Origin: Podarcis tiliguerta
Taxonomy: Eukaryota
NCBI GenBank assembly: GCA_965153285.1
Contig: OZ229110.1
DNA length: 64,000 bases
Direction: 5' to 3' (one strand)
Shown piece by piece: positions 1 through 12,647 of the stretch. Numbering within the stretch: position 1 is the first letter of the stretch; every line of letters begins with the position of its first letter. Made by a program: the position numbers and the translations under genes. The notes below the pieces were generated by a model. The model did no database searches, was not told the origin of the DNA, and worked only from the letters and a program-made list of their open reading frames with translations.

Positions 1-1204
1 ACGAATTACAAAAATCGTGAACTCCTGGCTTTGCTGCTACTTTTGGGTAGACATGCTACTGCCCAAAGCTATGCTACAATCCTGGATGCCTTAAGGGTTC
101 TCTTTGTGGGGCATCAGTATTATTATTTTTTGCTTTGGATCTCAGGTTCTACAAGGGAAAATCTTGCTCCCGCCCCTGTTTTTGAACGAAAACTGGGAAT
201 CTGGAAATTGTTGCTCATCCAGGAGACGGGACTACCCTGGTACCCATTTGCAGATGTCCATGAACATAATCTAAGAAATTAAGGAATTACACTTTACACC
301 ATCTGTTTGATTGCTAGTCTTGTAAAAACCAAAACACCCCCCCCAGCAGCAGCAACAAAAGTGTCCCTATAGCTACCGCGAAGGCCTATCATATAGTGTC
401 TTTGCACATCTTTGTAAGTGTGTGTATTGAAGATGGAACCACCTTAATCTCCATTATAATGATTAATTGAACAGAATGCTCTGAGATAGGTATATGAAGT
501 GAGAGGCTTGCTTCTTTATGGCTGCCAGTTTATCCTAGGATAAACTTGAATTTCATGTGAAAACCTCACATCGTAAACTTCATGTAAGTGTTCTAGATGG
601 AACTGTTTTAAGGGAAGCTGATACATAAGCTGCATTGAACGGCATGCGTTCCAAGGAAACTCCCTGTTCATTTTTTGGCTTTCCCTTCTTCTTCACAGGA
701 TTTTCTTATAAGACTTAATTGCATTGGGCGGCGGGGGAAGGACAGGGGGAGAAAGTAGGGAGTGGGTTTTGAAGGGCAGGGTGGGGAGGGAGAGCCTTTA
801 GGACGGCCCTGTGCTCTTTTGACTCAAGGAATAGCACAGCTGCTTAAGGTTTTCTTGAAGCTCTGCTTTCTGGGAACCTGAACTTCCAAGTCTTTCTTGC
901 TCTTGGCTTCAGGGCTGTGAAGCAGAGCTGGAAACAATAATTTGTATTACAGAGGTATAGAAGCATTTCTTTAAAAACCGAGAAACAAACCGTTCAATAT
1001 GCTCTTGCTCAATCCATTCTTTTTTTGGAGTATTCACAAGACTACGGTAATTATAACACAGCTTTATCACATTATCAGCACATTAACATTTGGAGAGATT
1101 TCTAGGTATAGATTTCTCTCTAGATATGTTTACCTGGTACCACGTGCTGGGTGAAGTCTCTCCCCTTAATGGCATTGAGGATCCTTATACAGTTGCTGGA
1201 AACA

Positions 1205-1342
1205 ACAGGAGGAGAGGATGCTCTTGTATGCAGGTTCTTTTCCTGGGTTTCCCACAGGCATCTGGTTAGCCACTGTAAGAACAGGATGCTGACCCAGATG
1301 GGCCTATGGCCTGATCCAGCAGACTCTGTTTACGTTCTTATG
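1205..1342 (+). mobile_element. 3'-end fragment of a squamate CR1-type retroelement
   Basis: Motif ...gcatctggttagccactgt...gatgggcctatggcctgatccagcag...ttcttatg recurs at 4075-4200, 14340-14470 and 23090-23198. Family name from recall. Confidence 0.6.
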
Positions 1343-1479
1343 CTTTTATCACTTGTTTTAACTGCTGCCTAATCAGCTCTGTTTGTTTGTTTTGATGTCT
1401 TTTAATTCTGATATTTATTGTGTTGTGGTGCTATTGCTTCATAAACTGCATTTTGATGTTAAATGACTTATTAATTAAT

Positions 1480-2090
1480 GAATTAACTTAAATTTCTACA
1501 CCGTCCTTCATTTGGGGATCACAGGGCGGTTTACATTATAGAAACACGAAGTTGTATACTGTAATAATGAACAAAAACAATAACACACACACACACCCCA
1601 GTTTAAAAGGGAAGAAGAATGTTTTTGCCTGGCACCTAAAGTTATGTTATGAAGGCGCCAGGCGAGCCTCCCTGGGGAGAGCATTCCACAAGCAGGAAGC
1701 CACTGCACAAAAGGCCCTTTCTTGTGTTGCCGCCCTCTGAACCTTCCGCAGGTTCTGGGTCAGTTCATATGGGGAGAGGCCGTCCTTGGGGTATTGTGCT
1801 CCTAAGCCATTTATAGGTCAAAAGCAGAACTTTGAATGTGGCCTGGAAACTAACTGGCAGCCAGTGTAGTCGAACCAGGATCGGTGTTCTATGCTCAAAC
1901 CATCTTGCGCTGGTGAGCCAGCTGGGTGCTGAATTCTGAACCATCTTCTGAACCGTCTTCAGAGGCAGTCCCAAGTATAGCACATTGCAGCAATCTAACC
2001 TAGAAGTTGTCAGAGCATGGGCAACAGAAGTCAACCTTTCCTTGTCCAGACAGGGGTTCAGCAGGCCACCAGGCGAAGCTGATGGAAGGC
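1480..2090 (-). mobile_element. L2-clade LINE 3' fragment (degenerate RT C-terminus)
   Basis: Minus ORF 1765..2274 contains ALTTSRLDCCNVLYLGLP...VQNSA...TPILVRLHWLPV..FKVLLLTYK, typical of L2. Closely similar to 44894-45418. Confidence 0.85.
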
Positions 2091-4074
2091 ACTGCATTAG
2101 ACCAAAGGCTGCATTAGACCAATATGCTTCTAGTACAAGGTTCAAAGTAGTGACATGACTGGCTATTGCTCCAAAGCTGTCTGTAAGGTGGAAGGGTACT
2201 GGCAGGCTCCTGCTAGGAGATCTGCTTTGTGAACTTTCAACAATTTGTTCTATATAAAGAGGATGAGGAGGCATCTGGTAATTTCCTTTGACTGATCATC
2301 CTCTAAGAGCCATTAATCTTCCTTGTGGCAATGTGTGAGTCACAACAGGCACAGGGTTATCTTTGTTCACAGTATAGGCACCGGGCAGGGTCAGAAAGCA
2401 GCAGGGTCCTGGGTTCTGAAGTTGTGTGGGGTGTCCCTTTGCTATTTCCTGTGGGTTGTAGGTCTGACAGCCTCCCTTTATATTAGATACTTGAGCGTGG
2501 GAGTGAAAGGTCCTTGGCTGCACATTTTCTCTATTATCTCAAAAGTTACTCTTCTGTATGGTTTTGAGGATCCTTTGGCTCAAAACATAACATCTGCAGA
2601 GGCCAAATGGCAACATTTCACGGACTTGAAATAATCAGGGTTTGCTTGTTTGTTTTTGACGGCGAAATGCTCTAATTTTCACCCTCTTAATTTTTCACAG
2701 AAAAAGAATGCTTTCTGTTTACTTCGGTTTCGCCCCCCATCCCTGTCAAGATTTTATAGAAACGCCCACTGTGTGTCTTGAGTTTTTACTGATCAAGCAC
2801 GTTTTAATTTTGTGAGGCTAATGTCTTTTGGAGATTAAGCAGCTTGTGAGTACAACTAAAATGCAAATAGCACATAAGACAGGTCAGTTTGTTTGCTTAT
2901 GGGTCAATGAGTCTCAGGACTGTGGTTAATGTTTGTCTCAAATGTTGCAGAATGTTTCTCTTCCAGGTGGCATTCCTGGAGGGGGAACTTGCCTCCTGGC
3001 TTTTGGTAAACCCCACCCCCACGGTCTTGCTTTACTATAGTGTAAAGTGAACTCTTTAAAAGTAATGGTTCCCCACCCCCTCCCCGAATATGGGGAGGGC
3101 TCTAAATACACAATGACCTTTTTTGACCTACAAAACCTCTCCCACAATGGTGAAAGTTGCAGCAATGCAGCTGTTGATTGATATTTTCCTTTCAAGTCTG
3201 TGGATGTGATTAAAGTTATCTCTCTATGCAAAATAATCTTTCTTTCCCTTAGCCATGAACACTTTGCAAGCGTGGGAAACCAAGTACATTCCTGTATTCC
3301 TCCCAAGGTACTTGGGAAAACCAAAATGCTTTTTATTTCTCAGGTTCTTGCCTCCATTTTCATTTTGACATTGGATTTAAAATCTTCTCCATGAAGTTGC
3401 TCCTTTGGATTTATTCATCTCTCCACCCCACACCTCGACTTCTTAATCCACCCTTTGCCTACACACTCTTTATCTTTGAATTGTAACAATTTTTGCTGCA
3501 CTTTTACTTCCTTTTTTTTTAAAAAAAAGAGTTTTTCAGTTTTTGGTAAAATGTATGTAATTGAAAGCTTGAATTTTTAAAACAGCATTTTGAGTTTCAA
3601 CCTTTTTTTTTTGTATAGAGAAAGAGGTTATTAGCACTGTTTGGCTCTAACTTGAAGAAACGACATGTGTTAGGAAAAAATCTCACCCACTGTGTGGGTG
3701 ATTGAGAAGAGCTGTAAAACAATGCCAGAAAAATAAGAATTTGCTGTGAGGGTCAGGTCGTGAACATAGCCAGATGTTCTGCTGGGGCTGGTAAGAGAAT
3801 AATTTCTGGATATGAAAACTCCAGCATGCCTTGAGAGAAAACTCAATGTACTTTTGTTTGTAATTATTTCCATTTCCATTCAAAACGTACAAATGTGCAG
3901 TGGCGTTGGGAGGCATGGAATGTCGATCTAGGAGGCTTTCCCATGGAGTAGAGGAAGAGAATTTGCAATGCAGGGAGGGGGTTGCAAGAGAATATGGTGG
4001 GTGTTGGGCTCAGTGCAACTGCATTTCATCAGTTTCTAACATTTTCTCAGGAAACTAATAGTGCAATACTATGC

Positions 4075-4200
4075 CTTGGGAGAGTGCTGTTGCGCTCAGG
4101 TCTTGCTTTCAGGCTTCACATAAGCATCTGGTTGGCCACTGTGGGAATGGGATGCTGGACTAGATGGGCCTTTGGTCTGATCCAACAAGGCTCATCTCAT
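4075..4200 (+). mobile_element. CR1-type 3'-end fragment
   Basis: Similar to 1205-1342 (gcatctggttggccactgtg...gatgggcctttggtctgatccaaca). Confidence 0.55.
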
Positions 4201-5225
4201 CGTCATTGCCCCAATGGCCATGCTGGCTAGGGCTAGTGGCAGGTGGAGTCCAGCAACATATGAAGGACACCCTATTGGCTGCCCTTGGTGTATAGGATTG
4301 TACATTAAAGGTTGCCTTTTCTTTATGGCAGCATTTGGACATAATAGCTTAATAGTTTTTGTTGTTGTTAGGAAAATGAGCTTAGTTTCATCCTGGACTT
4401 TGACGCTCTTTCCCACCTCTCTCCTCATTCGGTGTGGCTCTGAGCAAGCTTCCAATTCCATTTTAGATGTTGCAATTTAGAGTGCTGTCCACAGCCTAAA
4501 CTGCACAGAATCTTAACTATGGTGAGTTTGAAACAAACCAGATTCATGCGCATACTGCAGCAAGCATGGCATTCTATGAAAGTGAAGCACGCATCTCCAG
4601 ACACTGAATATGCACCAGGGAACTGAGGTCAGTTGCACCTTCCTAGTTCATGCACATCATATGTCACGAGGTTGGTATCTTTCTTTCACCCTTTATATAT
4701 TTGTGAACGCTGACAGTAAGTGAACAATGATACAGCTTGACAAATACAATTGCCATGTGAAGTATCTGCACCAGCGTTTTCACCTTTTGGAGCAGGGAAG
4801 GGACAAAGAAAAGGTTGGTGCAGACATCATGTGCTTGGGCATTGTGAGGAACATTTTGGGGCAAACACAGCAAACTGGAGAGTGGAATTGGAGTCCAGAT
4901 CAAGGACACCAGACAGGCTGCTGTGTGGATGGCACCAGCTGTTCCTGAACATATCCTGGGGAAAACAGCTGGTGCAGGAATGCCTTTAGAAGGTTTAGGC
5001 TCAGTATAGTTTATTTGAAAGTGGATATGTATACTTCTAGTGGTTGAACAGAAATTAACTCAAATTGGATGTACCCTACAAAGAGGTCAAGAGGTCATTG
5101 ATCCCAATTATATCCTATGTATCCTATTTTACCAAGCCACAGCTAATTTTTTATCTATATCTGTGTCAGAACTGAATACTATGTGGCATTCATTTCTGGG
5201 GCAACCCAGTCTGATGAATGGTATA

Positions 5226-5579
5226 AGGTAAAGATAAAGGGACCCCTGACCATTAGGTCCAGTCATGACCGACTCTGGGGTTGCGGAGCTCACCTCGCTT
5301 TATTGGTGGAGGGAGCCGGCATACAGCTTCCGGGTCATGTGGCCAGCATGACTAAGCTGCTTCTGGCGAACCAGAGCAGCGCACGGAAACGCTGTTTACC
5401 TTCCCACTGGAGCGGTACCTATTTATCTACTTGCACTTTGATGTGCTTTCGAACTGCTAGGTTGGCAGGAGCAGGGACCGAGCAACGGGAGCTCACCCCA
5501 TTACGGGGATTCGAACCGCCAACCTTCTGATCGGCAAGTCCTAGGCTCTGTGGTTTAACCCACAGCGCCACCCGTGTCA
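5226..5579 (-). mobile_element. Sauria SINE (Squam1-type), full length, 12-bp TSD
   Basis: TSD atgaatggtata at 5214-5225 and 5580-5591. The ACCTTT-like tail reads aggtaaag at the left and the tRNA-like head is at the right. Near-identical to 28681-29056. Confidence 0.88.
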
Positions 5580-8094
5580 ATGAATGGTATATACAACAAC
5601 AACAACTACAGAATGTAGGAATGGCAGTTTTGAAGGCTGGTGGGGTGGGGTAATTTCTGGCAAAAATTAAAAAAAATGAAAGCGGAAAGCGGCCACACCA
5701 AAAACTTCATAGATACAGCTTTCTGTAAAACACTTTTTTTCTATAGTGATACTACAGTTATTTCCCTATAAAGGAGCCTTCACCAAGTAGGTGCTCTCCA
5801 GATGTTTTGAACTACACCTCCTATCAGCATGGGTGAAGGCTGCTCTATAGGGATATACCTTTCAAATATACCCTCCTCATGCCATGCCATGCCATGCCAT
5901 CATGATGTTTGCAGAGCCTATTGCCAAGGCAACTTGTTTCCCTAACTTCAGGGAATGATTTCCATTGTGATTTGTCATTTTTCCTACGGCCAGGTGTTCC
6001 ACAACTGAAACTGCAGCCAGGAAAAGTTTTCCATTCAAGATGACTGACGGCTTTGTACATGGGAATTATATTGTGGGTGGGGAATGGGAAAGAAATGAAT
6101 CACATTTTTCTTTCTACTCGCTGTCATTCATATTATCAGAAACTGGCCTGCGTTTGTCTTTGAGCAGCGCAGCGCTTTCCTGCTGTAAAAACTTGAGTGT
6201 CACCTCATTTTACAAGCAAACTAATATGGAGGTGACTCAAGGTCAGCATTAAGTCCAGAGCACCGAGCTGCATAGATATTTCATCCTTTCCCTCTCCTAG
6301 CCCAAGTCTGTTTGCTTTCCTAGATTTCTCTCTCACAGCTGTGCACTTTAATGGGAAGAACTTTCCCTGGAGCCCAGGCAGAAGGGCCGTGAACTCTGGA
6401 GTGTGGCTATGGTTTGGGATGTCTGATCTGTTTGAGAGCCTTTGCACACAATACCAAAAGGAAAGAGGCATTTGCAGTATAACGTTTGGAGAGACCCATG
6501 TCTGTAAATATATTGCCAACAAATACCTTGTGAAACTCCCAGCTATCTATTTATAGGAGTTTGCAAACAAACATATCCCCTTCAAATGTTTTGAAGCAAA
6601 ACTCCCCCCTTTTTTTAATTGTGTGAAAAGCCCTTAAGTCTATTTCGTGTAAGAGAACATTATATGTGCTAGGATCTCCTCCAAATTTTTGGTGCAAACA
6701 CAGCTGCTTCGTTTCAACTCCCAGAAAATGAAGATGGGGGAAAAGATTATTATACAGGTGGAACTGGAGGGAAATTAAATTGCAGTTTAAGTATTGCAGT
6801 GTGCGAAACCAGATCTGTAGCAAAGTTTTACTTGCTTCAGTGACTTCTTAGTTTTCTTCATGGAGCAGGAGGTTGGGTTGCGATCAGTGATGGAGATGGC
6901 TATTCTTGTCACCCTCAAAAGGCTAAATAGCGGGATTGGGTGGGGAGTACAAGCCTAATCTCTTTTCCTCATATTCAACAAAGGTTTTTTTATAGTTAAT
7001 TAATCTGTACCAATGGGCACATGTTATAGTTGTCACAGGAGTGCCACTGAAAATGACCTCATTTTAGTTTTTATATTTTGCTGGAAGCTGCCCAGGATGG
7101 TTTTCCAAGCCTTGCCTTTTGCTCTGATTCAGTGGTGAAGAGCAGCTTTTCAAGAGGAAAAAAAGTGCTTGTACACAGAGCTTTAAATTGTGGACCTTTG
7201 CCTAGAAAGTGTAGGGCAAAAGGTAAATGTGGATGAGCCCTAAGACTTTGTAGAGAAGAGTATTGCAGGAGTAAGACTATTATTATTATTATTATTATCA
7301 TCATACAAATCTGCATATTTGAAAGGCAGATCTCACTGGTGACTTCATTACCCATTGCTCAGGATTCACTGCCCCATCTTAATCTGTCCACTGATTTTTC
7401 GAGTTTCTTGAATAACCACCCTTTTGATCCAGATGGTAACCGTCAACTAGGCTATCTCTCTGCATAGTTAGAAACTCAATGTCTGTATCTATGTGAATCT
7501 TCATCCTTCATTTAACGGGTGGATAAAAATGGCAAGGAGTGGCATCCATCCTCTTGGGGCTGGAGTGGGAAGGGAAGCAGGCTTTGCTGAGTTCACATTC
7601 TCAGGATGAGTTTTCCAACTCAAGTCTTCTGCAGAGCCGCAGGAGACTTGCTGAAGGGATTTCCAGTTGTGGTTTGGGAAGACTTTTTCTTCCTCTAAGC
7701 CAAACAAACCAAAACAGCACTGAACCAGTTGTTGGTGTTAATTAGTCCCTACTGTACAGCCACTGCCAGAAAGCAACAGATGCTGACGTTATGGTATGTT
7801 TCATGTAAGCCTTGAAAATCAATAAAATGCTATCCCTATGGAACAGGAAATAATTTGAGAGAGGATTTTGAACATTTGCCTTTGAAGACATGGTTTTCAA
7901 AACAAAGTGCTAGCAGCCATGACTGTCGTTACAGTGGGAAAGAAGGCTGGCCCCTCAAGAGTTATTTCAGGCCCTTCACTTTGAATTTTCAGCCTTAATG
8001 TCAACAGTAAGGAAATATCAATCCATGGGAAGTATAAGGGAAAATGAAGTGCAGTATTCAAACCAATTGCTCAGGGCAAGATTGGATTAAGTTG

Positions 8095-8920
8095 CCTTGA
8101 CTACTGTAAACTGTAATGTGGTGTATTTGGGGCTATCTTTGGAAACAGCCAGGAAACTGCTAATTTATTTTAAAGTACAGCGGGCTACATACTGGGATTG
8201 GCCATTGCGAACACACGTTGCCAGTACTTCAAGAATTTTGCTAGCTCCCAGTCTACTTCCAATGGCAATTAAAAATGTAGATGCTTCCCAGGGGGTGGAC
8301 AAAGACCTTTTGGCAGGAAGCACTGCTGCCCCCACACCCAAATCCAGGCACGTGCCCCAGCAGTGTGGGAGGAGACCAGGGGCAATGCAGCCACTCTGAA
8401 GGAGTGCCCCCTTTGTGCTGAGAGTCTTGGTGAAAAGGGAGCGTTCTGCAGAGTGTTGCTGCTACACTCCTTGGCTTTGACTTTGGGCTGTGTCTTCAGC
8501 TTACCCAAAGCCAAGTCAGAAGCTGCTGCCACTGAGGCCAGAGAAGGGTGACAGTTGGAAGAAAAGAAGTGGAGATGCAGTGGCGGCAGCATGGTTGTGG
8601 TGGTCAGGATCCCCCTGCCCCGCCCCTGTGGAGTATGCTGCCTGAGGCAGGCTGCTTCAGATTGCCTCGTTGGTGCGCCACCTGGTGCCATGGTTCTTCC
8701 CCTTTAAAGGCTCATACAGCATGGGACCCAGCTATCCGAAGGGACAGCTGTTCCTGTATCAATCTGCCCATGCAGTGCCATCTTTAGAGGTTGTCCTCTG
8801 GGTACCACCACCATCTGAGGAGAGGTGGGTGGTGACCAGAGAGAGGGAGAACCTTCTTGATAGATTCCTATCACAGGAAGGAATTTTTGCCCTTTGGACA
8901 CCGGGCTAAAACAGTTTTAT
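8095..8920 (+). mobile_element. Old L2 fragment split by a ~400-bp insertion (8289-8684)
   Basis: DYC..VYLGLSLETARKL-like sequence on the left. L2-like sequence resumes after ~8690 (tttaaaggc...ggacccagctatccgaagggac...). Confidence 0.55.
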
Positions 8921-10724
8921 TTTGCCTGGTGTGGTTGTTTTTAACTGCTGCTGTTCATCATTGCTATTATATTTTATATTTTAGGCCCTGGAACTTTGGC
9001 TGAAGCCTGTCACACACATTTTAAAGGACGCACGTTTGCATGTAGGCTTCCAAACCTGAATTTGCCAAAGCAATATTGGGAGTGGCTGTGCACTACTCCA
9101 GAAGCAATATTCCTCTGAATAACACTTGCTGTTTGTGATCGTGGCATGCTTTCAGGCTTTCCGCTGGTTGTCCACTGTGAGAGCAGAGGGCTGAACACCA
9201 GGAGGGCTGTGTGTTGCCTCCTGCTGCTGTGGACGTAGAAACTCGCTAAGAGCCGAGTTCACGGTAGAACAAACTTTATTTTTGCCGAGGTTTGGGAGCC
9301 TGCACAGAGTAGTAGTTAACTTCTCCAACTAGGTCACACCGCTTTGTCAGCTGTCCAGGAGCTAGCTGCCTGGGTCATAGCTGTTTCTCTTGAATGGGGC
9401 CATATGCCAAATATTTAGTTGACAACACACATGTTACAGACTGCTTAATTATGTACTGAATTCTTCCTACCAATTCTCCCTTACAAATACTGGATCTATT
9501 CTCTTCCCCAAAGTCCATCAAGGGTAAGCAGCCTACAGAAGTCAGTACTGGCAAGTGGGAGAAGGGCTACAAGCCCCACCCAGTTATGCATTTCCCCCTG
9601 CAATTTCTCTCCCCTCGTCTCAACTTTACCATTATGAGACAAATATGGGGGAGTTTGTCATAAATATGTAGTGTTGGCCTTGGTTGGAAGTGAGTGAGAG
9701 CAAAAGCACTTGGGTGACTGATAAATACATAGGGCCATGGCACAACTCATGCTAATAATTTTGTATTTTACTAAAATGATTTAAAGTAATCCCTTTATTC
9801 TCAACATATTAAGCTACATTCATGATTTGCATTATCTCTCATAATGGGCCATGCCCTTTGTGTCTTCCGGCCCATGCTGTCACAAAAACGCCAGGGAATG
9901 GCCTGTAGACAGTCCATACACTGGTTGTATTATCTGAATTGCATTGAAGAAAAGGATCGTGTCATGGGTTGGGTGGCTTATTATGTATTTAAGTACCAGT
10001 AATCTAATTGAAATGTAAATAGCTGCCTAGAAAGAGGAAGAACAGAGGGGCTGTTCAGCTGACTTCTTAAATTTGCTTTTTCCAAGGCATTGCTGGCTCC
10101 AAGTTTTTGTGAGCCTTTGGTCAAGAGAATGTCAGGGCAGATTCACATTTAATTTGTTTTAGAATATGCTACAACAAAATGTGCTATCAGTAGTGAACGG
10201 TATATGTGTACTGTATAAATGGACATGCATTTCTGCAGTAAACGCAGAGGTTGGGGGCCGTTCCTGGTTCTACGTTTATTGCTGGGATCCTGACATTTAA
10301 GTGAACATTCACCATTCAAAATTGCCAATACCACACACACTTTTTGTAGAGCTGTCACCTGTTTGAAGAAATGCTAAACAATTAACCTTATGACCTTTAG
10401 CTTGATTGATTTGAGTGTAATAACTTATGAGTGGGAAAAGTTCTAAAGAAAACACACACATTTTATTTGATTTCTGCTGATGCATGCGTGTATCACAGCA
10501 GCTATTATTTCTAATAAGAATGTACAATTGTTATGAATTATTGTAATCCTAGTCACCCAGCTTTTCTAATTGTTCCATTGTGCTTTGTTAAATTAATGCC
10601 ATGGGCAACCTCTCAGGGTAACTAAAACAGATCAGCTAAACTAATGCATCTGCGCTGTTGTGCTACTGTAATCTGATTAGTAAAATGTTCTTTGCACAAT
10701 CCAAAAGATAGCATAGGATGGAGG

Positions 10725-10872
10725 CAGAGACGTACCTAGGCTCCCTTGTGCCCTTGGCACCCCTGCCATCCCTTGCCCCCTAGGCAATCATTGGCTCTCT
10801 TTGTCTTTCTTCACGATTTTTGTGCCCACCCATGGCAGGGGCCAACCTAGCCAACCACTAGGTACCCCCCTG
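10725..10872. mobile_element. hAT-type MITE
   Basis: TIRs cagagacgtacctag / ctaggtacccccctg match 12/15. Flanking 8-mers gatggagg and gatggaag (7/8 TSD). Confidence 0.7.
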
Positions 10873-12102
10873 GATGGAAGTCAAAACTCATATTAACCAC
10901 TCTACATTTTTAAAGCTTGCCCATAGGCTTCCATTTAAAATTTCACTATATATTTTTTTTATGAACCTATAATAATCATGGAATTCGTCATAGGGCAAAT
11001 TCTTCCCCAAAGCATTACAGAGGCAACTTTATTCATCTAGTGAAAGCTTCCCTAATAAAAACCAAATCGTTGAACTGTGTTTAGTTTGTTCGGGCTGGTG
11101 GGTTTTTTTTGGAGTGGTGATAAATTGAACAGCCGTTCTGAGTTCTTGAAACATGAAGTAAACCAAGAAGGAAAATAGAGCTGGTTCGCTCAAGATGGCA
11201 GGTTTTCCATGCAGTAAAGCATGGCACAATGTAGTGGGCTCATGCATACATGCCTTCTGCATATATAGCATTTAATGAGCATATCTGTTTAGGCCATTCT
11301 TGTGTGTGTACAAAAGAGTGTGTTTTGAAATTATTATCTCAGATAGGTACTTGAAGCCAGACACTCTTAAAGTACATGGAAGCAGAATGTTGTGAGCATA
11401 CAGTATTTTATTCCTTGAAAATATTCAGGATCAGAGACTTAAGTTGTTGAGTTATGGTACTAAGCTCACCATTGTTGACTCATTCTAGTGAATTGTTTAT
11501 TGCTGCTAAGTGTAAGTGCGATGGCTCCTTAGTTCAGCTTTGCAACTGGAGGCATAAGCTGCCTTGAAGATAGTTGGCGGTGGTTTACATTTCTTTCCCA
11601 CCCTTCACCTTGACGTCTCTGGGTGGGTTACAACAATTTAAAAATAAAGTACAAAAAGCATTTAAAACAAACTACAGTCAAGAGAATAGGCTTGATCCTA
11701 AAATATGTTTATTAGGTGTGCATTCTTACCTGCACTGTGATGTACGCTGCATACTTTTTTTGAGATAGGGAGGTATCCAGCTAAACAGTTCTGCCAATGT
11801 ATACAGTTTTGGCTGCACAGTGGAACGTCACCCCCCCCCCCCCGGTGGACCTCCTAAATCTCATATGGTTTTCCTTTCAACCCTTTGGAGCAGATTTAGG
11901 GAGGGCACGGGGGGGGGGGGCAATTAGAGGGCCCTACACTAGTGGGTCTTTAGTTGGGTCCAGTCCACAGTTTTCTGCCTTTCAATGTGGATTTGAGCCA
12001 CATCACTGGTACTTGGAAGGCTCTCCTATATGTATGTATCCATACTGTACTGAACAACACTGTCTTGCTTATTTCTGAAATGCCTTTTTTCCCTTTCACC
12101 AG

Positions 12103-12647
12103 AAAACTTCAGCACAGAAGTTGGCCTCTTGGAGCTGATTGGAGATCCCCCACCAGACCAGATAACCAAAGTGTATGGCCCAGACAACAGCCCTGGCTAT
12201 GTGTTTGGACTGGATGCCAACACTGGACAAGTGGCACGTTACCACCTCCCCAGCCCTTTTTACAGAGACTTCTCGCTCTTGTTCCATGTGCAGCCCACCA
12301 CAAACAAGGCAGGGGTCCTTTTTGCTATCACGGATGCCTCCCAGTCAATCATTTATGTTGGCGTGAAGCTATCAGAGGTGAAAGATGGAAAACAGCAGAT
12401 CATCTTCTATTATACGGAGCCTGGCTCTCAGAACTCCTATGCCGCTGCTGCATTCACAGTGCCTTCCCTAGTCAATCAGTGGACTCGCTTTGCCATCAGT
12501 GTGGAGGATGAGGAAGTCGTTCTCTACGTAGACTGCGAGGAGTTTGAGCGGGTCCGTTTTGAACGCTCGCCTGATGAGATGGAGCTGGAAGATGGCTCAG
12601 GGCTTTTTGTGGCACAAGCTGGAGGAGCTGATTCTGATAAATACCAG
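12103..12647 (+). CDS. COL18A1: COL18A1 TSPN/laminin-G-like domain exon (545 bp, phase 1 start)
   Basis: Pyrimidine tract + cag acceptor, then ENFSTEVGLLELIGDPPP...AQAGGADSDKYQ, donor gtgagc. Overlaps ORF 12129..12707. Confidence 0.96.

Noticed and set aside
1765-2274. 169-aa minus-strand ORF as a nested gene
   Set aside because: It is a decayed L2 reverse-transcriptase C-terminus.
1-12102. Frizzled-CRD/DUF959 exon or signal-peptide exons of COL18A1
   Set aside because: No ORF with the frizzled cysteine pattern and no convincing first exon was seen. They probably lie upstream of the window, so this is not evidence of loss.
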